Virus record (IMG/VR): IMGVR_UViG_3300021371_000007
Coordinates: 17,947 to 81,946 of that record
DNA: 64,000 nt
Direction: 5' to 3' (one strand)
From: a virus
Shown: positions 1 to 10,760 of the stretch, piece by piece
Layout: each line of letters starts with the position of its first letter
How positions within the stretch are numbered: the first letter of the stretch is position 1
The notes under the pieces: model-generated
What the model saw: the letters and a program-made list of their open reading frames with translations, nothing else
What the model was told of the DNA's origin: nothing
Database searches by the model: none
Program-made: the position numbers and the translations under genes

Positions 1-2
1 AT

Positions 3-3000
3 GTTGCAGCTTTTGAAAAATTAGGTCAAGTAATTAGAAGTGATGATGGTAGTGTTACTACAACTACTGATAGAGCTGCAGAAGCAGTAAGAGAATTAAA
101 TCTTGCGGTAGCTAATAGAGAGTTTATGGAAAAATCTATTAAAGGTCTTTTATTAGGTCAAGTAGAGGCTGTAAAACAACAAACTAGAGAGCTTGAAAAG
201 CAATCAAGAATAGCTAGACAACAACTTCAACAGGCAACTTTAAAAGCAGAAATAGACATATCTAAGGCGCGACTTACTTCTCTTAATAAAGCTAGAGCAG
301 AAGAAATAAGTATTAGAAAAGTAAAAGCTGACGGTGCAGCAATATCTAGTGATCTAGCAGCAGCAGAGTTATCTATAGCTAGAGATATCTTATCTGAGAG
401 AGAAAAGTCTATAGATATACAACAAGAACAGCTTAAAATAGTATCTCAAATAGCAGAAGAAAGAATAAAAGGAGCTAAAGAAGAGCTATCAGCACAAAAA
501 CAAATGATATCTTTAGCTAAAGAGGGTCTAGCCTTTGATGACTCCTTCTTTGACAAAGATATTACTAAGATACTAAATTTACTTGCTGACATAGGATCAG
601 CTTCTTTAGACGTAGAAATATCTCAAAAAGAGACAGATTTAGCAGAAAAGCAAGCAGAAACAGCAGCTCAATTAGCAAAGTTAGAAGCAAATAAGCAAAC
701 TTTTGCAGCAGAAATACTGGCAAAAGAACAAGAACTATCTTTACTAGAGATAGACTCTAGAGTTGCAGATCTTAGTGCTCGTATAGAGATTTCAAGAGCA
801 GAGAGACAAAATGAAATTGATTCCCTCACTGAGAGACGCAGCATAGCTGAGTTAGAAGCACAACTAAAAAGAGAGACTTATGCAGCTAATCTAGAAAATA
901 AAAGAGAAGAGTTAAAAATACTAGACCAAAAAAGACAAGATACTATAAAACTAGTAGATTCTTTTAATAATCTAACTACTGATATGGGTACAGAGTTTGA
1001 TACCTTTATATCGGAATTACAAGCAACTTTAAGTACTCAAAAAATAGCACTAGAAGCAAAAGAGACTATTGTAGTAGACCCTTCTGATGACAAAAGTGCT
1101 GATCCTGTACAATCTAGTGCAGAGGCATTAAATAAATCCGCAGATTCTCTAGAAACTGTTGCTAAAGAAACATCTACTTTAGTAGAAGAAGTTACTAACA
1201 CAGGACAATCTTCTTTAGACTCTTTACAGGCGTTAGAAACTTCTGCACAAGCTACTAATGAGATAGCTAAAATAACTAATACTACGTTAGATACCACTAT
1301 TTCTAACAAAAAAATAGAAAATGATTTAATAAGTAAAAACGAAGATGAAAGACTTGCTGCTTTAGGAGCTGAAAGTGCTGCACTAAAAGAGAAACACGCA
1401 ATTGAGACTGAGAATAGTAATGCAGCACTAGAAACTGCAAACAAAACTGCTGAATTAGAAGAAGAAAAAGCCAAAAACGCCGAAGCTGCTTTACAAGCTC
1501 AAATAAAAGCAAACCAATTAGCTCAGAGACAAGCTGCTTTTCAGATTATGAATCAAACAGGAACCTTACTGAGAGAGCTATCAGTAGGTAGGGCTGAAAA
1601 AGCAAGAGATAAAGCAGCAGAGAGTAGAGATAAGGTACTGGATAAACAGGAGGAAGTACTATCTAGAGTAAGCTCTTTGAGAAGTTCTGAGGCCGATGCT
1701 ATGGCTGGAGCTGTTGATATTTTAAAAGAACGCAGAGCCTTAGAAAGAGATATAATTTCTTCTATTGCAGACAGTGATGCTAGTGGTTACTTAAAAACTA
1801 CAGAAGCTTATTTTCAAAACTTAAATGCCTTAGATGAGCAAACTAAAGTATTAAGTGAAGCTCAAGCTAATAGAGCTATAGCAGAAGCAGAGCTAGCTGT
1901 TCAAGACTATAAAGTTATAGAAGCGACTAATAACTTATCTAGTGCAGAAAAAGATTTAGAAAACGCACACAACAGTTTAGTAGGTAAAACAGGAGATGTA
2001 CTTCAAAAATTTGGAAGCTTAGGTAATAGTATGGTTAGCTTAGTAGGCTTAGCCCAACAACTAACGGGCGCCTTTACTACTCTAGGTAATACTTTAGTAG
2101 GCTCAGTAACTGGAGAGAGTAATAATCAAATTACTGAAGCAGTAAAAGATGGTTTTGATAAGTCAAAAGCTGCTGAAACTTCTGCTCAAGTTACAGGAAA
2201 TGTAGTTACAGACTTAAAAAACGTTCTTGTAGGTAGTGTAAGAGAGTTAGGTGGTGCATTTGAAAGATTTAATCAAGAAAGTATTGGAGCTGCAGGAGGC
2301 GCTGCTCAATATTTTGCAGAATCTGACGGTAGTTTAACAGATTTTGCTGCTGCGGGCTTAGGTAAAGCAGTTACTCCTATGATAACTGGGTTTATAGAAG
2401 ATTTTATTACCACAGCTTTAGGTCCTGTAGGTGGTATAGCTATGACTGCTATAGATTTTATAGCAGGAGACTTTATATCTGGAGTTATTGGTGACGCGCT
2501 AGAAGGTATTAGTAACTTTTTTGCTCCTCGTAAGTGGAATAGATCAACTGTTGATTTAACTACTGGTAATATAACAGATAGAAAAGATAGTGGAGTTGAT
2601 CTGGATCCTGTAGCTAAATCAGCATTTAAAATGAATCAAGCATTAGAAACTGTTACTGGAGGTCTTCAAAGATTTACTGAATCACAAGCAATACTAACCA
2701 CTAAAGGTTCAGATATTAGAGAAAGATTCTTAGAGCTAAGGGGCGGTGGAGCTGAGGCAGTTAGATTAGACTTTAATAGCGAAAACTTTGGTAAGGACTT
2801 ATTTGAAGGACTTATTAAAGGCTTAGATCCTAGATCTTTAACGGAAGACATGAAAACCGCTATAGGTAATATGGACTTCGGTAAAGAGATAGAAGATAAC
2901 ATGAAAGACCTTAATTTTGCTAAAGGCTTTGATGGTTTGATGACGCAATTAGAATCTGCAGGAGGTAAATTTACTAATCTTGGTGAGTTTATAGAATTAG

Positions 3001-6000
3001 TAAATATTAAAGCAGAAGCTGCAGCTGCTTCATTTGCGCAAGGAGCCTTACAGCAAGCATTAGACTTAATAGAAGAATCTGGAAGAGTGTTCGGAGAACA
3101 ATCTGAACAAGTACGAAGAGCAAAAGATGCAGCTCAGAATATGGTTTTAGCGCATTTAGATTTACATGTAGCGGAAGATCGCACTGTAAGCCTACTTAGT
3201 GATACGTCTACTAATTTGAGTGGCATGGCTATGGCTATGGAGACTGTAAAAGCAGAAATGAATGCTATGCAAGAAGCTATTGAGGCTACAGGGGTTAATG
3301 CTGACGAAGCTTCTAGAATAATAGAAGAAGGCATAACACTTAAAATTAGACAAATGGCTCAAGACTTTGGGGATGCGTTAAGTGACGTAATTCAGTTTGG
3401 TGATAGTCTAGAATCAAGCGCTGTTCAAGGATTAAAAGATGTTTTAGAATATCAACAGGCTATAGTAAGAGATGCTGCCCATATTCAAGAACAGCTAGGT
3501 AATGGTTATGATTTTATAGCTCGTGCAGAAAAAGCTTTAGCTATTCAAAGAGGTAATATAGTAGCTAAAGCTTCAGATCAAGAATTAAAAGCTCTTAGTG
3601 ATTTAGCAGGTGCAGGACAAGAATTTAGTAACGCTGCTATGAAAGCAGCTACTGATGCTGAAATAACTAGAAGAGTTATGAATAATATATTTGAGGGGGC
3701 AAAACAGCTTACTCAAGCACAAAGAAGTTCAAGATCTGTAGGAAGAGGTCTGGCTTTTGCTGAGGGAGGTTTTGTACCAGGTACCCCTGAACAACAAAAT
3801 AAAGACTCAGTGCCTGCATTACTAATGCCTGGAGAGTATGTATTAAATAAAGAAGCAGTTAAGAATGTTGGAGTAGGAACTTTAGCTGCTTTTAATTCTG
3901 GAGCTTTTAAAAAGATGGAAGCTGGGGGTAGTACTACTGGAGGAGTCATTACTCCTAATAAAATAGCTACTGATGCTTTTGGGGGTACTTTTGGTATAGA
4001 CCCTGCTACTCAAGCACTATTCAAAAACTTTAGTCAAGATATGACTACTACTTTAGAGTTTTATGAAGCTAGAGAGCTAGTTGCTCAAGCTAATATAGAA
4101 CTTTTTGAGACTTATTCAGACCTTAGAGAGGCTGCAGGGGCTAGCAATGATCTTATGAATGCTTTTGGTCTTATAGTAGATCATATAGAGCGAGGGGAAA
4201 TAGGTCTCGCTACTGCAGTATTTGATATAGCACATAATCTAACAGAAGCCACTAGCGCTACAGAAGCTTATACTCTTTCTCTATCTCAAAATCAAGCACA
4301 ACAAGCTTTAGCTTCTGCCGGTGTTAATTTACAAAATGAAAATATAGACACTTTAACAGATAACTTAACTAGTTTCTACACTAGTATAAATACGTCTTCT
4401 GTAACTGCTGGAGATTTAGAAGCTGTAATAAGTCAAATGAATATAGCGCTATCTCAAGGAGTTATATTTGGTAGTGAGTATGGATCAATACTAGATGATG
4501 TTACTTCAGATTTTGATAATGCTTTAGCAGCCTTAGATGAATATTCTTCTTTCTTCTTAGAGCTTCAAGATATTACTTTAGACCCTACAGGAATTATAAG
4601 CTCTATAAGATCTGTTCAGTATGCATTTGAAGATGGTATGAATACTATGACAGATGCGGTCACAGATGGATTTATAGATACAATAGAAGCTGCTACTGTA
4701 CAAGTTAGACTTAATAAAAGACTAGAAAAAGAAAGAATAGATTTAATTAAAAACTCTTCAGATGAGCAACTTAGAATAATTAGAGATACACAAGATTCAA
4801 TTGCAGACGCAACTTTTAAAACAGGCGCTATAGCAGAAATAGCTGTTAGAAAAATACTAGCAGTATCTTCTGCTTTTGGTACCTTTGAACAAGGATTAGT
4901 AGGTTTTTATAATAACTTAGTACAATCATCAGATAACTTTACTAGAACTTTAAGTGCTTCTGTAGTTAGTAGTATACAAGCAGCAGGTATAGTAATAGAT
5001 GATGAGTTAGATACTAATTTCTTAGGTACACTAACTAATTTTGCTACACTATCTAAAAGTGGTTCTTCAAGTGTTCAAGCACTATCTACTGCGTTAGAAC
5101 AATTAAATTATCAGTTAGAGATTGGAGAGACTATAGACACTGACACTTATAAAGAGGGAGTGGCCTTTTTACAGTCTTCCTTTATGGAGTTTTTAGATTT
5201 ATTTAGTGGTATGTCTAATGCCTTTAGAGAAGCAGAATCAAACCTTGATAATTTTAAAACTACTTTACACTCTTCTTTCACCTCTATAACTGATGAACTA
5301 GAAGCTTTACTTAAAACTTTAGTAACTACTTATAGAACTACTTTAGCAGATGTTAAGACTATGTATCAAGAAGCAGTATCTCAACAAAAAGAAGCAGAAG
5401 AGTCATTATATGGAGTATTATTTAGTGCGCAAAATGCCTTTATAGATGCTGGAGGACATTTAGATGGTCACATATCTAGAATAGATGATATTGTAAAAGG
5501 TTTAGATCCTACATATCAGGGATATGCAGGATTAGATCAGTATTTAAAACAACTTCAAATAGATGTTCAAGCAGGTATCACTTCTTTAGGCGATATAAAC
5601 ACATCTCAATCTTTAGCAGCACTACAAACTAATCTTTCTAATAGTTTAGCAGACTTAGCCATACTTCAAACACTTCCTGATTCTGCAGATAAATTTGTAA
5701 AAATAAGTAGAAAACTTTCAGAAATAGATGATATTAATAATCAAATATCTGCAGGAACTCAATCTACAGACGCACTAAAAGAAGCTACGTTAGACTTACT
5801 AAAAGTTGAAGAAGAGCTAAACTTTAATAATACTACTGCAGGACTACAACAAGTAGACTTAACCTTACAAGGTATAAGTCAAGATTTGCTTCAAAATGCT
5901 ATAGATGCTAGAACTGCATTTAATACTTCTAATCAACTTTTAGATGATTTCACTACAGCTTTAAACGCTAATTTTACTCCTAATTTAGTAGCTTCTACTA

Positions 6001-9000
6001 CTGCTGTTAATAGCAGCACATTAAGTCTGTCTTCCTTTATAGCAGAGATGCAATCTGCTAATCAAGTATTTTCAGACATAACTACTGCGGTTTCTGCTAT
6101 AAATGCTACAGGAATTCAAGAAATAATAGATACCTTAGATGTAATATCTAACCCTACGGATGAAGTGAATGTAGATGTAGTAGATACTAGTTATAGAGGT
6201 ATTTCAGATTTAAACGATATTTTAAGTAACTTTACTGGCATAGTCGCTGCCAAAACTGCTTTTGAAAATCTATATGGATCAATAGCTGCAGTAACTCCTG
6301 TTTTACCTTTACAAGAATTTAATGACTTAAATGCTGAATTTATAAATTTAGAAAATACAATAACTTCATTACTAGGTACTATGGGTAATAATAGTATTGC
6401 GGATATGGATGCAACTTTTGAGCAATTTGTATTAGACTCTATAGCTTTATTACAGAATCCTTTAACTTTATCAGGAGTTTCTACTTCAGGTTCTACAACT
6501 AATATAGCTGCTCAAGCTATTACAGGTTCAGGAGCTGTTAATAATCCTCAAATAAGTACTCAAACTTCTTTACTTCAACAAATTTTAACTCAAGGTTTAG
6601 GGGTTCAGAGTCCTGGCTACTTATTCTACACTAATCAAATATTAGAGCAAATAAGAACAGTATTAGAAGATATGTTAGTATTACAAGGAGGCACTCTACC
6701 TACTTATGCTAATATCACTTCTACCTTTACTGCTCCTACAGCAACTGGAAGTACTACTACTGCTACTGTGCCTACAGGAACTACTACAGGATTACCTAGT
6801 TTAAATCAATCAGGAATACTAGGCCTTACGGGTCAGCTATTTGAAGTAGAAGAGCCTATAACTAGACCTGCTGATTATTTTTATATTGTAATACCTAAAC
6901 TTGTTGCTATAGACGAATTTTATATAGTAGACCCTATTGAAGTAGATTATGAGTTTTTCTTTGATCTAACTCCTGTATCTGTTACTTCTATAGACACTGG
7001 TAATGGAGGGGATCATTTCTTTAATATAACTACAGTAGATACTGATTTTGATAAATGGTTTAATGCTCCAACTTTAATAGACACTGAATATAGTAAATGG
7101 TTTAATGATCCCACTGTAATAGATACTAACTTTAATAAGTGGTTAAAAATTGTAGAAGAAGAAACAGGTATTTTTGATTGGGTCACAATAACTAAGTCTG
7201 CAGCTAATTATCAAACATTCTTTGAGGCACCTACTAAGGTAAATCACTCTGTAGCTACTTGGTATAACTTACCTACCAAGTTAGATAATACAGCTAATTT
7301 ATGGTATAACTTACCTACCAAGAAAGATATAGACTATACAGATTGGTTTACGTTAAATAAAGTAGCTGTTAAATACTCGCAGTTTTTTGATCCCGAAGAT
7401 AAAATAGCTTTAACAGATCATATAGATCCTGTTACAGTAGCTGCAGATTCTTTATTTACTATAAACAAAAACTCAAAAGATGCTGATGATTTATACTCTA
7501 TAAACTCTATAGAAAAAGACTATTCAACCTTCTTTAAAATAACAGCTAAAGATTTTGATTATACAGATTTCTTTAAAATAGTTGAAAAAGATATTACTGA
7601 TTTTATACAAATATCAAAATCCACAAAGACGGCTATAGAGCTATTCACTATTCAAAAAAGTGAAGTAACAGGTAGCACTTTATTTTCTATAACAGCAGAT
7701 TCAGTAGCAGCGTCTACACTTATAACTGTAAAGGCCAATAATAGAATACAAGTAGGAGCAGATGAGATATTTGATAAACCTACCTCAAAAATGGCTTTAA
7801 GCTTGTCAGATATATTTAGTAATTATGAAAGCGGTGCTTTTGATTGGACAAAAGCTGTAATAAGTGTAGGCCAAGTAATTAATGAGGACAAGCTTAAAGA
7901 AGGTCTGGCAAATAAGGCTATTCTTGCTACGGGTGATATTTTTGATAACTGGAACGGTTCAGGCTTTGATATTGATAGTGTTGACATTAGCTACTTAGAT
8001 TTATTTAACTTAGCAGTTACAGATATAGAATATACAACACTATTTAAACTGCCTAATGATGCAGGCAAAGAAAGTTTACACTGGAGTAGCTGGTTTAAAG
8101 TAGATCCTGCAGATAAAATGGATGCAAGAGATTTATTTACTTTTATATCTCCTGAACCCGTATCCGCCCTTGATTTATTTAATCCTACATCTCAATCGGT
8201 AGATGGGTCTGCTCTTTTTGTATTAAGTAATACTTTACAAAAAATAGATGCTAATAATCTTTATGACATTGAAAAAGAAACTAAAGCGGCTACTGACTTC
8301 TTTACTATTACAGGAGTGCAACTTAAAGGCGCAGACTTTATTGATTTAAGTTACTTAGCCGACTCTAAATATATAGCAGAAGCTAAGAATGTATTAGACG
8401 TTACCGGTAAGCTTACTGTTCAATCTTCTGATGTATTCAAAGTATCCGGTACTTTAGATAAAACAGCTAATCAAGTATATAATATAACCAAGAGTGATAA
8501 AGCAGGAGCTGCTTTCTGGGAAGTTACTGCTAGTGAGCAATCAGGGGCTTCTTTCTTTACGCCTACTAAAAGTGAATTAGCAGGTTTAAATTTCTTTAGT
8601 CCTACTCAAAGCACTATAACAGCTAACGATTTATTTAACTTTAATAAAGTAAAAATAGATGTTAGCACTATGTTTGAATCTGAGTTATCTACTCTAACAG
8701 ATGCAGTTAATGATCAAGATAGCTACTTAATTACTAACTATGGCAAATTAGAAACTATAAAAAGTTATACTAAAGTATCTAGTGAGAAGCTTACAAATAT
8801 CGCAAAAGCAGATTCAGATTTTCATGCTGCTATATTAGAAGATACTGCCTACTTAGAAACTATTGCTACCTCTTTAGGAGATTTAGCTGATATTAAAGCT
8901 AATACTGCCGATATTAAAACTAATACTTCTGTAAACGTATCTAAGCTTACTAAAATAGAAAATAATACAGACGGTATAGAAGAGAAATTAGATCATATTT

Positions 9001-10373
9001 CTGATGATTTAGATGGTATTGCAAAAGACTTGGCAGATAAATTAGATCATATTTCTGATAATTTGGATACTTTAGAAAAAACTGCAAACGCTATTGAAGG
9101 GTATGTATTATATCTACCTGGCATGTCTACAGAGCTTACCGATCAAGGAAAAACTTTGGTTACTATAGATAGTGTATTAGACGCTATAGAAATAGACACT
9201 TCAAATATGGTTACCTACCTAGAAAGCATAGCTACTAATAGTGCATATCTTAAAACAATAGATCAAGATACAAGCCATTTAAAAACTAATGCAGATAATA
9301 AAATCTCTCATATTTCTGGTAATTTAGATGATATAATAAGTAATACAGATAAGAACAGAACTCGCTATAAATACTCAGGCGCTACATCAGTTAACTTAGC
9401 AACTGGAGGTCCTGTAGTGGGGCCAGGAACTTCTACTAGCGACTCTATTCCTGCCAACTTGTCCAACGGTGAGTATGTAATAAAAGCTTCTTCTGCTAAA
9501 AGTATGGGTAGAGAGGTGTTAGACATGCTTAATTCTACAGGGTCTATATCCTCACTAGGTAGAAAAGGAGATACAGAATTAGCGCATATTAACACTGTAG
9601 AAGCACAAATGCTTAAGTCAATAGGTGGTTCAGGCTCTAAAAATCCTCTTTCTGGTCTTAAAGAGTTTTTCTTTGATGACTTTAATCCTTTAACAGGTCT
9701 TAAAGACGCTGCACTCTCTGCTGCTAAATCAATTATAAGTAACACAAATAATCCAGAAGGTTATAGGCCAGAAAAAATAGGTAGTAATGCTAGTTGGAAT
9801 ACCGCAAACTTTGCTAATAATACTTTTGCTAAAAAAGTACTAGTAGAGCTTACAAGATATATAGCAGCTAATAGAGATGGAAAAGCCTTTACTCACTCTC
9901 AAGCCTTTAACTCTATTTCTGATGCATGGTTTGAGTATGATAAACCTAATATTATACAATTTAATAGAGGTTCCTCGTTTAACAACGGTATCAGAGGTAC
10001 AAGTAGTATAAGTAGCTTAATAACAAGACTTCAAAATGCTTATCCTTCTTTTGCTAACGGTGGTGAGATTTCAGGTGCTGGTACTAGTACTAGTGACTCT
10101 ATAATGGCTATGTTGTCGGACGGTGAGTATATTATTAGAAATTCATCTGTTGACAATGTGGGGGTAAATACTTTAGACTATATAAATAATACGGGACAAC
10201 TACCTCAAGGCGACACTAATGTAGAAGTAAATATTACTAATAATGGGTCTCCAGTGGACGTAGAAGCTGAGCCTAAAGTTAGTATAATAGACGGTAAGGT
10301 AGTGGTAGATGTTATACTTAAAGATTTAAGAACTAATGGTCCTATTAAGAAGACTATTAAGAAGATAAAGTAG
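3..10373 (+). CDS. Giant tail tape measure-like protein (5' end outside window)
   Basis: Frame is open from nt 3 (VAAFEKLGQ...) into the 3415-aa ORF. Ala/Glu/Leu-rich coiled coil; three FAxGG...D.(V/I).A.L..GEY(V/I) motifs typical of TMP C-termini; lies directly before tail-tip genes. Confidence 0.85.
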   Translation, partial: VAAFEKLGQVIRSDDGSVTTTTDRAAEAVRELNLAVANREFMEKSIKGLLLGQVEAVKQQTRELEKQSRIARQQLQQATLKAEIDISKARLTSLNKARAEEISIRKVKADGAAISSDLAAAELSIARDILSEREKSIDIQQEQLKIVSQIAEERIKGAKEELSAQKQMISLAKEGLAFDDSFFDKDITKILNLLADIGSASLDVEISQKETDLAEKQAETAAQLAKLEANKQTFAAEILAKEQELSLLEIDSRVADLSARIEISRAERQNEIDSLTERRSIAELEAQLKRETYAANLENKREELKILDQKRQDTIKLVDSFNNLTTDMGTEFDTFISELQATLSTQKIALEAKETIVVDPSDDKSADPVQSSAEALNKSADSLETVAKETSTLVEEVTNTGQSSLDSLQALETSAQATNEIAKITNTTLDTTISNKKIENDLISKNEDERLAALGAESAALKEKHAIETENSNAALETANKTAELEEEKAKNAEAALQAQIKANQLAQRQAAFQIMNQTGTLLRELSVGRAEKARDKAAESRDKVLDKQEEVLSRVSSLRSSEADAMAGAVDILKERRALERDIISSIADSDASGYLKTTEAYFQNLNALDEQTKVLSEAQANRAIAEAELAVQDYKVIEATNNLSSAEKDLENAHNSLVGKTGDVLQKFGSLGNSMVSLVGLAQQLTGAFTTLGNTLVGSVTGESNNQITEAVKDGFDKSKAAETSAQVTGNVVTDLKNVLVGSVRELGGAFERFNQESIGAAGGAAQYFAESDGSLTDFAAAGLGKAVTPMITGFIEDFITTALGPVGGIAMTAIDFIAGDFISGVIGDALEGISNFFAPRKWNRSTVDLTTGNITDRKDSGVDLDPVAKSAFKMNQALETVTGGLQRFTESQAILTTKGSDIRERFLELRGGGAEAVRLDFNSENFGKDLFEGLIKGLDPRSLTEDMKTAIGNMDFGKEIEDNMKDLNFAKGFDGLMTQLESAGGKFTNLGEFIELVNIKAEAAAASFAQGALQQALDLIEESGRVFGEQSEQVRRAKDAAQNMVLAHLDLHVAEDRTVSLLSDTSTNLSGMAMAMETVKAEMNAMQEAIEATGVNADEASRIIEEGITLKIRQMAQDFGDALSDVIQFGDSLESSAVQGLKDVLEYQQAIVRDAAHIQEQLGNGYDFIARAEKALAIQRGNIVAKASDQELKALSDLAGAGQEFSNAAMKAATDAEITRRVMNNIFEGAKQLTQAQRSSRSVGRGLAFAEGGFVPGTPEQQNKDSVPALLMPGEYVLNKEAVKNVGVGTLAAFNSGAFKKMEAGGSTTGGVITPNKIATDAFGGTFGIDPATQALFKNFSQDMTTTLEFYEARELVAQANIELFETYSDLREAAGASNDLMNAFGLIVDHIERGEIGLATAVFDIAHNLTEATSATEAYTLSLSQNQAQQALASAGVNLQNENIDTLTDNLTSFYTSINTSSVTAGDLEAVISQMNIALSQGVIFGSEYGSILDDVTSDFDNALAALDEYSSFFLELQDITLDPTGIISSIRSVQYAFEDGMNTMTDAVTDGFIDTIEAATVQVRLNKRLEKERIDLIKNSSDEQLRIIRDTQDSIADATFKTGAIAEIAVRKILAVSSAFGTFEQGLVGFYNNLVQSSDNFTRTLSASVVSSIQAAGIVIDDELDTNFLGTLTNFATLSKSGSSSVQALSTALEQLNYQLEIGETIDTDTYKEGVAFLQSSFMEFLDLFSGMSNAFREAESNLDNFKTTLHSSFTSITDELEALLKTLVTTYRTTLADVKTMYQEAVSQQKEAEESLYGVLFSAQNAFIDAGGHLDGHISRIDDIVKGLDPTYQGYAGLDQYLKQLQIDVQAGITSLGDINTSQSLAALQTNLSNSLADLAILQTLPDSADKFVKISRKLSEIDDINNQISAGTQSTDALKEATLDLLKVEEELNFNNTTAGLQQVDLTLQGISQDLLQNAIDARTAFNTSNQLLDDFTTALNANFTPNLVASTTAVNSSTLSLSSFIAEMQSANQVFSDITTAVSAINATGIQEIIDTLDVISNPTDEVNVDVVDTSYRGISDLNDILSNFTGIVAAKTAFENLYGSIAAVTPVLPLQEFNDLNAEFINLENTITSLLGTMGNNSIADMDATFEQFVLDSIALLQNPLTLSGVSTSGSTTNIAAQAITGSGAVNNPQISTQTSLLQQILTQGLGVQSPGYLFYTNQILEQIRTVLEDMLVLQGGTLPTYANITSTFTAPTATGSTTTATVPTGTTTGLPSLNQSGILGLTGQLFEVEEPITRPADYFYIVIPKLVAIDEFYIVDPIEVDYEFFFDLTPVSVTSIDTGNGGDHFFNITTVDTDFDKWFNAPTLIDTEYSKWFNDPTVIDTNFNKWLKIVEEETGIFDWVTITKSAANYQTFFEAPTKVNHSVATWYNLPTKLDNTANLWYNLPTKKDIDYTDWFTLNKVAVKYSQFFDPEDKIALTDHIDPVTVAADSLFTINKNSKDADDLYSINSIEKDYSTFFKITAKDFDYTDFFKIVEKDITDFIQISKSTKTAIELFTIQKSEVTGSTLFSITADSVAASTLITVKANNRIQVGADEIFDKPTSKMALSLSDIFSNYESGAFDWTKAVISVGQVINEDKLKEGLANKAILATGDIFDNWNGSGFDIDSVDISYLDLFNLAVTDIEYTTLFKLPNDAGKESLHWSSWFKVDPADKMDARDLFTFISPEPVSALDLFNPTSQSVDGSALFVLSNTLQKIDANNLYDIEKETKAATDFFTITGVQLKGADFIDLSYLADSKYIAEAKNVLDVTGKLTVQSSDVFKVSGTLDKTANQVYNITKSDKAGAAFWEVTASEQSGASFFTPTKSELAGLNFFSPTQSTITANDLFNFNKVKIDVSTMFESELSTLTDAVNDQDSYLITNYGKLETIKSYTKVSSEKLTNIAKADSDFHAAILEDTAYLETIATSLGDLADIKANTADIKTNTSVNVSKLTKIENNTDGIEEKLDHISDDLDGIAKDLADKLDHISDNLDTLEKTANAIEGYVLYLPGMSTELTDQGKTLVTIDSVLDAIEIDTSNMVTYLESIATNSAYLKTIDQDTSHLKTNADNKISHISGNLDDIISNTDKNRTRYKYSGATSVNLATGGPVVGPGTSTSDSIPANLSNGEYVIKASSAKSMGREVLDMLNSTGSISSLGRKGDTELAHINTVEAQMLKSIGGSGSKNPLSGLKEFFFDDFNPLTGLKDAALSAAKSIISNTNNPEGYRPEKIGSNASWNTANFANNTFAKKVLVELTRYIAANRDGKAFTHSQAFNSISDAWFEYDKPNIIQFNRGSSFNNGIRGTSSISSLITRLQNAYPSFANGGEISGAGTSTSDSIMAMLSDGEYIIRNSSVDNVGVNTLDYINNTGQLPQGDTNVEVNITNNGSPVDVEAEPKVSIIDGKVVVDVILKDLRTNGPIKKTIKKIK
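7260..7322 (+). repeat. Intragenic 21-nt direct repeat, 42-nt period (WYNLPTK x2)
   Basis: TGGTATAACTTACCTACCAAG at 7260-7280 and 7302-7322. Confidence 0.9.
8985..9059 (+). repeat. Intragenic 21-nt direct repeat, 54-nt period (KLDHISD x2)
   Basis: AAATTAGATCATATTTCTGAT at 8985-9005 and 9039-9059. Confidence 0.9.
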
Positions 10374-10379
10374 AGGGAC

Positions 10380-10760
10380 ATGGCAACATACACATATCCA
10401 GATGATGCGTCAATGGACGATAGAAAACCAGATAGGGGCTATAGCATTGCTAGAGCCCCTAATAATACATCTTTTAGCTCTGTTTTAGGCTATGAAAAAA
10501 GAAAAAGATTATCTAGAAAGGTACTAAGAAAATTTACTTTTAGCTATACAAATATAAGTGAGGCTAGAAAAACTAGTATTGAAAATTTTTACTTAGACAG
10601 AGGTGGAAACTTTGAGACTTTTAAATTAGACTTAGCTCATTTTGGACTATCAGGAACCGCTAATGTTAAGTTTTCTGAATCTTTAGATATAAACCATGTA
10701 ATCTCTGGTGATAATACTGATATATTTAACATATCTCTAATACTAACTGAGGTGGCTTAA
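10380..10760 (+). CDS. Distal tail protein (Dit / lambda gpM-like)
   Basis: 126 aa directly after the TMP; GYEKR and FY..RGG.FETF patterns. Confidence 0.7.
   Translation: MATYTYPDDASMDDRKPDRGYSIARAPNNTSFSSVLGYEKRKRLSRKVLRKFTFSYTNISEARKTSIENFYLDRGGNFETFKLDLAHFGLSGTANVKFSESLDINHVISGDNTDIFNISLILTEVA

Noticed and set aside
7260-9059. Direct repeats as a CRISPR array or DGR template/variable pair
   Set aside because: Only two copies each, in frame, and explained by protein repeats; no cas or reverse transcriptase gene in the window.
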